DNA from: Octopus vulgaris
Lineage: Eukaryota
Assembly: GCA_951406725.2 (NCBI GenBank)
Contig: OX597830.1
Coordinates: forward strand, 47,492,001 to 47,556,000
Direction: 5' to 3'
Length of the DNA stretch: 64,000 nt
Below the pieces are notes generated by a model. The model worked only from the letters and a program-made list of their open reading frames with translations, made no database searches and was not told where the DNA came from. A program made the position numbers and the translations under genes. How positions within the stretch are numbered: the stretch's first letter is position 1; each line of letters begins with the position of its first letter. This document shows, one piece after another, positions 53,870 through 64,000 of this stretch.

Positions 53870-55065
53870 TGCAACTGTCTTACTCGCGACGCCAACTGCC
53901 TTACTCGCGACGCCAACTGCCTTACTCACGACGCCAACTGCCTTAATCATGACGCACACTGCCTTACTCACGATGCCAACTGCCTTAATCACGACGCACA
54001 CTGCCTTACTCGCGACGCCAACTGCCTTATTCACGACGCCAACCGCCTTACTCACGATGCCAACTGCCTTACTCGCGACGCCAACTGCCTTATTCATGAC
54101 GCCAATCGCCTTACTCACAACGCCAACTGCCTTATTCATGACGCCAACTGCCTTACTCGCGACGCCAACTGCTTTACTCACGACGCACACTGCCTTAATC
54201 ACGACGCCAACTGCCTTATTCACGACGCCAACTGCCTTACACATGACGCCAACTGCCTTACCCGCGACGCCAACTGCCTTACTCACGACGCCAACTGCCT
54301 TACTCACGACGCCAACCGCCTTAATCACGACGCACACTGCCTTAATCACGACGCCAACTGCCTTATTCACGACGCCAACTGCCTTACACACGACACCAAC
54401 TGCCTTACCCGCGACGCCAACCGCCTTATTCACGACGCCAACCGCCTTATTCACGACACCAACTGCCTTATTCACGACGCCAACTACCTTACTCGCGACG
54501 CCAACTGCCTTACTCACGATGCACACTGCCTTAATCACGACGCCAATTGCCTTACTCACGACGCCAACTGCTTTACTCGCGATGCCAACTGCCTTACTCG
54601 CGATGCCAACTGCCTTACTCGCGACGCCAACTGCCTTATTCGCGACGCACACTGCCTTACTCACGACGCACACTGCCTTATTCACGACGCCAACTGCCTT
54701 ATTCATGACGCACACTGCCTTACTCGCGACGCCAACCGCCTTAATCACGACGCACACTGCCTTAATCACGACGTCAACTGCCTTACTCACGACGCCAACC
54801 GCCTTACTCGCGACGCCAACCGCCTTAATCTCGACGCACACTGCCTTAATCACGACGCCAACTGCCTTACACACGACGCACACTGCCTTAATCACGACCT
54901 CAACTGCCTTACTCACGACGCCAACCGCCTTACTCGCGACGCCAACTGCCTTACTCGTGATGCCAACTGCCTTACTCGCGACACCAACTGCCTTATTCGC
55001 GACGCCAACTGCCTTACTCACGATGCACACTGCCTTATTCACGACGCCAACTGCCTTACTCACTG
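53870..55065. repeat. 21-bp minisatellite, about 57 units
   Basis: Consensus CACGACGCCAACTGCCTTACT; apparently no indels, substitutions at a few fixed positions. Confidence 0.95.
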
Positions 55066-55599
55066 TTTAAAACATTTTTCTTTTGTTCTCGAGAAGTAAG
55101 ACAACATTTACAAATCAAATGAAACCCACGCCATGTACTTTGTGTCAGCGCTTCCAGTATAATACAGTTTAATCCTATTGTTTCAAACGTTAGCGCAAGG
55201 CCATCGATTTTAGGCAACTGCGGCATTAGTCGGTCTTATCACCTTCCACTATTTCGACAGGCAGTTAATTGTATCGACTTCCAAAGTATGAAAGGCAAAG
55301 TCAACCACTGTGGACTTCAAACTCAGAAAGTAAAGACGGACAAAATGCCGGCGTGCTAACGATTCCGCCAGCTTGTCAACTTTGAGGTATGAAATATTAC
55401 CAGGTTGTCTCATACAACCACTATGACCAAAAAAATTACAGATGAATTGAATTTCTGGGCGTTTCATCTTACACAGACCTATACTGTGTCTCTTCTTCCC
55501 TCTCTTTCCATCTCATATATAAACAAACTTGCCTCCCCCCCTCCCAAGTTGTTTGAAATATACTCTTTATTAATCTATTCATTGGTTTTTCTCCACCAG

Positions 55600-55690
55600 A
55601 AGCTGAGAACAACGGAGAACATATTTTTGGTAAACCTGGCCTTTGCTGATTTATTTGTTTCGAGTTTTGTGAATATATTTAGCGCCATAG
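55600..55690 (+). CDS. GPCR coding exon 2 (TM2)
   Basis: CCAG| KLRTTENIFLVNLAFADLFVSSFVNIFSAI G|GTAAG; NLAxAD motif; phases 0 and 1 match the neighbouring exons. Confidence 0.92.
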
Positions 55691-55811
55691 GTAAGCAGGA
55701 CATCGTGTCTGTGATTGTCCAGATATGTCTGTGTATTAATCAATGTGACTATTTATGGTTTTCAGTCTGAGATCAGAGATTAATATATTTTGTCAGAGAT
55801 GTACGAACATG

Positions 55812-55843
<32 letters not shown>

Positions 55844-56248
55844 TGTATGTATGTATGTATGTATGTATGTATGTATGTAGTTTTCGAATTAGCTTTCTCC
55901 TTTCTGATTTTGAGAAGCCTAATTTCTCAAGATTGGTATTTAGGCAGTGTTGCATATCCCAGGCCCCCAATAATTACAGATATAAACCTGGAACTTGTAA
56001 TCTCGATAGAGTAACTGCAGATTTCTCAATAGTTCAGCATAGGTGTTCTCTTTTTCACTGATCCTTAGCTTTATGTTAACATCAGCTGGGCAGCTAATTT
56101 CCACAACTGTGCACAGTTTCTCCTCTCAATCCCAAATCATTATATCAGGCCTGTTGTGCTTACATTTTATTGAGGTCTTCACTGGTATATTCCACCAGTG
56201 TATGTATGGATGAATGTATGTTTGCATGTACGTATAAATATGTATACA

Positions 56249-56356
<108 letters not shown>

Positions 56357-56413
56357 TATATATGTATGTATATACATACATACATACATATATACATACA
56401 TACATATATACAT

Positions 56414-56469
<56 letters not shown>

Positions 56470-56501
56470 ATGAGGGTGTCTAAAAGACACCAACATGCCG
56501 A

Positions 56502-56555
<54 letters not shown>

Positions 56556-56578
56556 ATATATATATACATACACATATA

Positions 56579-57490
56579 CCGGGTATGTAAGGTATTCGAG
56601 GTCAGATTTATGTTTATAAAGAAACAGATATATAATAACAGATAACTGTATTTATCTAAAAATGCTTCTCTTCTATAATGTTATCCAATGAAGCCACCTT
56701 CATCTTCAACAGCTGCTTCTGTATGAGATCTAACTCCTCTCCATGCTCGAATCAAGCTTTGGTGTTATGGGCGTGTTCATCGACCTCTTTCTCAACAACG
56801 CTCCGCATGTAATAGTCCAATGAATTGAGATCTGGGGAATTAGGAGGCCAAATATTAGGAGTTGTGTGACCATGAAAATTTTCAGCCATCCATTCCTGTG
56901 TTACAAGAGCCATGTGTGATAGTGCAGAGTCTTACTGAAACACATACAACCTTCCATTGCATACAGTGTCTATCCAGGGTTTAACAATTATTTTCAGGAC
57001 CTCAATGTTAGCGGCAGAGGTAACTCGAAGACCTGAAAAGAAGTAAGAAAGCATAACATGTCCTTCATTGCTGCAAATCCCTAAAACCCTGACAGTTGCA
57101 GGAAATTTTGTATGCATAACACTTGGAACTTCAGAAGGGTCTGCACACAACCATCTGTCATTTCTTCTGTTAACTTTTTGATCTTGGACGAAGTATTTTT
57201 GGTTTGAGAAAAACCAAATCAAATCTGCTGGATACTTCAGTTTGTTTAAGAGACTTTTAAATCAGTTATGCCAACCAGAAACGCCAACTCGCATTTCCAC
57301 TTATGATTTGCTTTTTCTAACAAATTGACCTTTTCTCTTCATTTAAGACTTGTATCTGATGTCTTCGTGGACAACATTTCTGACTGTTCCTTCTGATACA
57401 TGGAGCTCTTTTGCAATTGACTGGGAGTGTAAGCAATGGTCTGTTGAACTTGTTGGATAAGTTCAGGTGTTCTGATGATTTCAGAGCGTT
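56579..57490 (-). mobile_element. maT-family (DD37D) Tc1/mariner transposon relic in GPCR intron 2
   Basis: WFFSNQK...YVFQ*DSALSH...WPPNSPDLNSLDYY with 37 residues counted between the 2nd and 3rd Asp; first Asp mutated, stops present. Confidence 0.82.
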
Positions 57491-57596
57491 CAGAGAGAGA
57501 GAGAGGAGGAGAGAAGGAGAGAAGAGAGGGGGACGGTGGATGGGGGTGGGGTGAGAGGGGAGAGATGAAAAGGGGGGGGGAGAGTTGAGCCCAAAT

Positions 57597-57613
57597 GCAT
57601 GTATGTAGGTATG

Positions 57614-57647
<34 letters not shown>

Positions 57648-57980
57648 TGTATGTATGTATGTGTATGTGTATGTATGAATGTGTGTATGTGTGTATATAT
57701 GTATGTATGTATATATGTATGTATGTATATATGTATGTATGTATATATGTATGTATATGTGTATGTAGGTATGTATGTGTGTATGTGTGTATGTGTGTAT
57801 GTATGTATGTATGTATGTATGTATGTATGTATGAATGAATGTGTGTATGTATGTATGTATGCATATATGTATGTATGTATGTAGGTATGTATGTGTGTAT
57901 GTATGTGTGTATGTATGTGTGTATGTATGTATGCATGTATGTATGAATGTATGTGTGTGTATGTATGTATGTATGTATGT
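57597..57980. repeat. (TATG)n/(TG)n microsatellite immediately upstream of the GPCR exon 3 acceptor
   Basis: Seen directly. Confidence 0.9.
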
Positions 57981-58007
57981 TCCTCATTCTTTTACTTGTC
58001 ATTGCAG

Positions 58008-58426
58008 GTGCTATAGCGGGTGAGGTGTATTTCAAGGACAAGAGAGCCCTTTGTGAGTTCATCGGGTTTTTCTGTTTGGTCTGCTGCCTAGTTTCGCTCT
58101 TCAACATCACAGCCGTGGCCTTCAATCGCTTCATCTTCATATGTCACCATAGCTTCTACCGCTCAATATTTACTCCGATGAAAAGCTTGATCATAGCGAT
58201 TGGCCTGTGGGTGTTTGGGATCATGCTGGAAACTGTAAATTTCATGCCATGGGGAAACCACGGTTACGACAAGAAGACGCTCACCTGCATCTGGGATCGA
58301 ACCGCTAGCCTTGGCAATACCATCTTCATCACCATTCTCGGTATTTCATTGCCAGTGGTAATTACAACGGTGAGCTACATTATGATATTCTACCACTTCT
58401 ACCAAGCGAAGGAAAGGCTCAATAAG
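58008..58426 (+). CDS. GPCR coding exon 3 (TM3-TM5)
   Basis: TTGCAG| ..ALCEFIGF..SLFNITAVAFNRFIFICH..GLW..YDKKTLTCIW..LPVVITTVSYIMI..RLNK |GTGAG. NRFxxICH resembles the melatonin-receptor NRYxxICH motif. Confidence 0.93.
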
Positions 58427-58849
58427 GTGAGACCCATCATTTCTTTCCTATCGAATTAATGTAAGAATAACTGCTCTCTGCAAAAGGCCACGAAGAGCAA
58501 AAAGGGCTCGGGAAATCTCTCTGTTTCACTCTTTAAGTAATTCAGCATCAAACCTGACTCTCAGGTTTGATGCTGACGCACTTTCAAATTAGATACAGCA
58601 CGGATGATAAGTTGAAAAATCAAAAAGAAAAAAAACAACAACCCAAAACAACATGGCCAATGAAAGTAATAGTTGGAGGGTTGGTCGCCCTAAAAAGAAA
58701 TGAGGTGGATGTGTTTAGAGAGGTCACTAAGTGGGAGAAAAAAGGATGGCATGTAAAGGGAGGTGGGGAGGGGAGAGTAAAACTGCTCTACACAAAGGCG
58801 CCATAGAGATAGGTTAAGAGACAAAGAATTGATAGTGTGAGGTGAATGT

Positions 58850-60400
58850 ACTTAGACCGAGTCTGGCAACTAAGGGATGAGTAAAAGCATCAAAGAGTAC
58901 TCAAGAGGACAACATTAGAAAAGCAAGTGTCCAACATCAAGAAAACAGAATCCCGATTGAGGAAATTTTCAAATGTGAATTTCATTTGTAAAGCATAAGA
59001 AATATTAACTTCAGTTAATACTTCACATTCGAGTGAAAATCTACGAAGTCAGTGAAAGATGAACAACCCAAATTTGTCATATTTTTGTGGTTTTCGCAGC
59101 AGCATAGAAAGAGGATTACGCTCGATGTTGTAAGAATTAGCTGCCAGTTTCCATGGACAAATCAACGCAAATAAAGCACAAGAGTTCGACCACAACGTAT
59201 CATTGATTTGGGTGCATCTTTACAAAGTTTGTCAACGTTCTTGGAGAGCAGACAACCAATGGATGACAGTTCAGGAAGAGAATTTAGACAAAAGCTGAAA
59301 GCTATCATCCATAAAGAAAATTACGAAGTTGAGCATTTGTGCAATGCAAATGGAAGTGATATTTTTCGGTGTGTGTTTCAGAGTAAATCGCAAGTGTCCA
59401 CCGAAGAAAAGCAGGTATTTGGACATAATATGCAAAAGAAGGATCACATTAAAATTTAACCATTCCACAACATCACTGGTACGTACTCATAAATCACTGC
59501 TTGTCCGCATCTAGTAATACACCTAATTTGGGGAAGCACTCCGTCGGTTACGACGATGAGGGTTCCGGTTGATCCGAATCAACGGAACAGCCTGCTCGTG
59601 AAATTAACGTGTAAGTGGCTGAGCACTCCACAGACACGTGCACCCTTAACGTAGTTCTCGGGGATATTCAGCGTGACACAGAGAGTGACAAGGCCGGCCC
59701 CTTGAAATACAGGTACAACAGATACAGGAAGTAAGAGTGAGAGAAAGTTGTGGTGAAAGAGTACAGCAGGGATCACGACCATCCCCTGCCGGAGCCTCGT
59801 GGAGCTTTTTGGTGTTTTCGCTCAATAAACACTCACAACGCCCGGTCTGGGAATCGAAACCGCGATCCTATGACCGCGAGTCCGCTGCCCTAACCACTGG
59901 GCCATTGCGCCTCCACACACCTAATTTAAGCTGCTTCAAGATCTACGACAGGATCTCATTTACCATGAAATACAAACCACAAACAAATCATGGATGACGC
60001 ATTCAGTTTACTTGTTATTCAGGTTTCTGCAAGAATTTGTACCTATCGACCTATTTGTTGACAACACGAGATCATACGGTGTACAAGGTGACCAATTAGA
60101 ATTGTGAAGCCTAGCTGGCCAAGTGGTTGTTTTTTTATTCCAGAACACCACTTCAAAGGTGCAGTCGCTCGATCAAGGAATCAAAGAAACAATACAAGAA
60201 CTAATGTCGCCCGAACGCGTTGCGTGCTGCCTTCGATGAAGAACAATACAGGCAAATGATTGCCATAAATTATCAACTCATTCACAGTCAGTGATAGTTT
60301 ATTTATTATGATCTCTGATTCTTGGAAAAACATCGAGTCGTTGATTCTACCAGGGGGAATTGGTACATTTCTGTAAGCATCTCGTACACGCAACTAAATG
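58850..60400 (+). mobile_element. Highly degenerate pogo/Tigger-like transposase relic
   Basis: HKENYEVEHLCNANGSDIF (NADET-like, about 59310-59370) and NTTSKVQSLDQGI (about 60144-60182). Confidence 0.55.
59530..59916 (-). mobile_element. tRNA-derived SINE family C
   Basis: Full copy with 11-bp TSD ACACCTAATTT (59519-59529, 59917-59927). A partial copy also lies at about 40830-41103. Confidence 0.9.
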
Positions 60401-60607
60401 GATCTCCATTGTTACATCGTGTTTCATTAAACTTCGAGCTTTATATTTTTGTTGCAGAAACGACTTACGGCTTGGTTTTATTTGTAAAATTTCTGAGCAG
60501 CAAATGTTTGCACTGAATGACCTAAACATTTCGTATAGCAAGAACAATAACACTGTAAGCATGATAGCAATTTCTGTTGCTACATACGTTACATATCAAC
60601 ACAACAT

Positions 60608-60661
<54 letters not shown>

Positions 60662-61092
60662 GAATTTCTGTGGCACAAGTGAAAGGTCGAAGTGCACATG
60701 AACCTGGTAACTCTTCAACTATTTATAAATATACAGTATTTCTTCCTATCTCACTCCCTCACCCGTTCGTCTTCTCATATTCATTCTGACCGCTATAGGA
60801 AAAAGACAACAATTTTTGCATCTCTCAAAACAATTCTTTTCTAGTGCCATTTTTTAACAATGTATTTGTTGCAGACATTTGTCGATCGCCTTCGAGGAAA
60901 ACCAGGGATCAGCATGAAAGTGGAGCAGAATAAGAAGACTACCGCAATAGGATAAAAAAAAAAAAACACAAAACGAGCAAAATCATTAATTTCTCTTACT
61001 GTCCAAGAACAGGGGATAATTATTTCATGCAAAAAAAATTGTTTGATGCAAGACATTAGCAAAAAAAAAAAAAAAAGGTATATATATATATA

Positions 61093-61506
61093 GGCGTAGG
61101 AGTGGCTGTGTGGTAAGTAGCTTGCTTACGAACCACATGGTTCCGGGTTCAGTCCCACTGCGTGGCACCTTGGGCAAGTGTCTTTTACTATAGCCTCGGG
61201 CCGACCAAAGCCTTGCGAGTGGATTTGGTAGACGGAAACTGAAAGAAGCCCATCGTATATATTTATATATATATGTATGTGTGTGTGTATATATATGTTT
61301 GTGTGTCTGTGTTTGTCCCTCCTGCCAATATCGCTTGACAACCGATGCTGGTGTGTTTACGTCCCCGTAGCTTAGCGGGTCGTCAAAAGTGACCGATAGA
61401 ATAATTACTAGGCTTCCAAAGAATAAGTCCTGGGGTTTATTTGTTCGACTAAAGGCGGCGCTCCAGCATGGCCACAGTTCAAATGACTGAAACAATTAAA
61501 AGAGTA
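61093..61506 (+). mobile_element. tRNA-derived SINE family A
   Basis: Same consensus as the other family A copies. Confidence 0.88.
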
Positions 61507-63249
61507 TACCAAATTTACCAGAGTTTAAAAGAAGCGGAACAGGGGATTCTCAAATAAATATTTTGAAAAAAGTATTGGAAAAATGACTCCTTAAAGAGTA
61601 AAGCTGTTTAAAGAGTTTTGTTTGCGAAATATTTTTTAAAAGCCAGACATCATTGGCAACAGCTGGAGGATGTGGCTGGATAAATGCAATCAGAACTCTG
61701 AAATATTGTGAAGATGGAGTGGAGCGTAAGAGAATAATGTCGTGTTGGATAAGAAGAATGATGAATGAAGACACTATGGAGCTGAAACCGGTGGAACAGA
61801 TAAGAACTAAACACAGAATACAATTTTGAAGTGCTGAAATTAATTGTAGCGTTTATGAAGTGTTTCAATGAAAGGTGAAGAAGAGCTCATCAAATAATGG
61901 AAACCTTATGGAGATTATTGTATTCATTGCAGACAGGTTCTAAAAGCTATCCGGCGGCTTGCAAAGAAAATCGAACCAACTTTGTTTAGAAGATATAAAC
62001 AAGATTATAACAATGGGCAGAATAATGCAAGGTTTATAGTGTGATAATGAATGAACACGTATACAAAGCTATTACCATTTAGTCAATAAAATTTATAGAA
62101 TGTACGTTTTTATGTAAATTGAATTATGTTTGTCACGCCTTTGTTTACATTGCCTACAAGTAGATCTTCACATCACAGTCAACGGACAGGAAAGCAAAAC
62201 AGGCGAAGTCTAATGATTATTTCCTGAAAGACGAAACTAGTTTGATTTATGTTTATACTTAAAGCTAGTGAAAGGATTTAGTTGATCTTTGCCCAACGTG
62301 CCGCGGAGTGGGATCAAATCTGAAACCGTAATGTTTCGAAGCAAATTTTATGTAGCCATGCCTGAAGCTGTTAATCTGGCAGCAAGATTTATATTACAAA
62401 GAGATGGAGGAATGTGATTCGCCAAGACAAAACTACATCAGTAGAGTCAAGTTTAAGAGTTTTCCATCAGGAATTGAACGTACGGAGTGAACGGGGCAAA
62501 CCACGAACTTTTCACCTCTAATATTTGCCACTGGAAAGAAACTATTGTCATCAATTGTTATTTTTGCTGTTGTTGTTTAAATTCTACTCATTTCTCATCG
62601 AGCAGACAAACCAGTGAGCAAAAAGCGTTCCAGCCGCGACCAGCTGCCATTTTTTAGGCATCGTCTGTTTTCATTTTCAAATATGTTCTTTCTTTTTTAG
62701 AGTGGGATTTCAAGAAAAAATTAGCCATTTTTAGCAGGTCGAGCGACTATGTAAAGACTTGCTTCGAAGAAAAAAAAATTATCAGTTGTTGTTTAGTAAA
62801 AGGCCAGTACTGACTGAACAGGCCTATGACCAAATGTACTCCAGCTGTGACCATCCCGCTTAATTATTTATATTTTTAGATATAGTCTATCTGAAAACTA
62901 CATTAATCGTTGTGTCCTTTTATTTTTGTGAGATGTTTGAATGTGGTTTTGTGATTTGAGAGAAATTTAGCTGTTATTTCAAGCACTGGTCGGGCGACCT
63001 CGTGGAGGCTTCCTTATTGGTTTATATATTGTTAGTAGAAACAGACAGTGACTGTGAAGTCGTGAGAAGTAGGGGAACCGGCGGAACAGATTGCACTCGG
63101 CTGCCATTTCTCATCTTGAACATTTTATGCGAGAAAATAGTTGCATTTGTTTGGAGAGCATGATGCGGGTGACGCTTGCCCGAAATCTTTCTTTATAAAC
63201 TGAAGATTTAGTTCTAGTAAAAAGTGAGTAGCTATTCGTTTGTCTTTCA

Positions 63250-63628
63250 TCTTTTATTTGTTTCAATCATTAGACCGCGGCCATGCTGGAGCGTCCGCCT
63301 TAAAGAATTTTAGTCGAACGAATCGCCCCCTGTCCATTTTGTAAAAGCCTGATATTTATTCTTTCGGCCAGTTTTGCTGAACCACTAAGTTACAGTGACG
63401 TAAACATATCAACACAGGTTTCCAGGTGGTGGTGTGGGACAAACACACACACAAACACATCTACGACGGGCTTCTTTCAGTTTTCGTCTGCCAAATCCAC
63501 TCACCAGGCTTTGGTTGACACGCGGCTAAAGTAAAAAAAAAAAAACATTTGCCGAAGGTGACACGCAGTGGAACTGAACCTGGAACTATATTGTTTGGAA
63601 AGAAACTTCTAACCACACAGCCACGCCT
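63250..63628 (-). mobile_element. tRNA-derived SINE family A, older diverged copy
   Basis: Diverged match to the family A consensus. Confidence 0.75.
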
Positions 63629-63753
63629 GAACTTATATTCCTCACTATTTTCACGCCATAAACGCCATATTGAAAAGACAGTGTTAGCTGGCTTAGAATA
63701 TAAGACGTGGAATTAAGGGATCAGATTGATGATTTTAGTGTAAGATCAAGGGT

Positions 63754-64000
63754 TACTCTTTTACTCTTTACTCTTTTACTTGTTTCAGTCATTTGACTGC
63801 GGCCATGCTGGAGCACCGACTTTAGTCGAGCAACTCGACCCCGGGACTTATTCTTTGTAAGCCCAGTACTTATTCTATCGGTCTCTTTTGCCGAACCGCT
63901 AAGTGACGGAGACGTAAACACACCAGCATCGGTTGTCAAGCAATGCTAGGGGTACAAACACAGACACACAAACACATACATACATATACATATATATACA
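63754..64000 (-). mobile_element. tRNA-derived SINE family A (runs off the window end)
   Basis: (TACTCTTT)n tail plus consensus body. Confidence 0.85.

Noticed and set aside
53870-55065. CRISPR-like array
   Set aside because: Head-to-tail 21-bp units with no unique spacers, no cas genes, and a eukaryotic context.
60875-60955. Candidate GPCR terminal exon (TTGCAG|TFVDRLRGKPGISMKVEQNKKTTAIG*)
   Set aside because: Phase-compatible, but it would truncate the receptor before TM6/TM7 and has no homology support.

Overview
Eukaryotic, AT-rich, microsatellite- and transposon-dense animal DNA. The tRNA-derived SINE families and RTE LINEs suggest a cephalopod, most likely Octopus (inference). Two spliced genes lie on the + strand: the 3' part of a BTBD1/2-type BTB-BACK-PHR gene (4 exons, 1-8914, probable long 3'UTR to about 13.08 kb) and the first three coding exons (TM1-TM5) of a melatonin-receptor-like class A GPCR (34445-58426, with a 21-kb first intron; TM6/TM7 not found in the window). 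The rest is a nested mobilome: RTE, R4/Dong-like and Tx1-like LINE fragments, mariner, maT (DD37D) and pogo relics, hAT and piggyBac MITEs, non-autonomous Helitrons, several SINE families, a 21-bp minisatellite and a 3x210-bp triplication. The most notable signal not explained by the ORF track is a set of about ten minimal hammerhead-ribozyme motifs with palindromic helix III. They belong to several unrelated, ORF-less elements. Some are foldbacks carrying a ribozyme on each strand, and one family is a tRNA-headed SINE with a hammerhead tail. All calls are by eye; no database search or folding computation was run.
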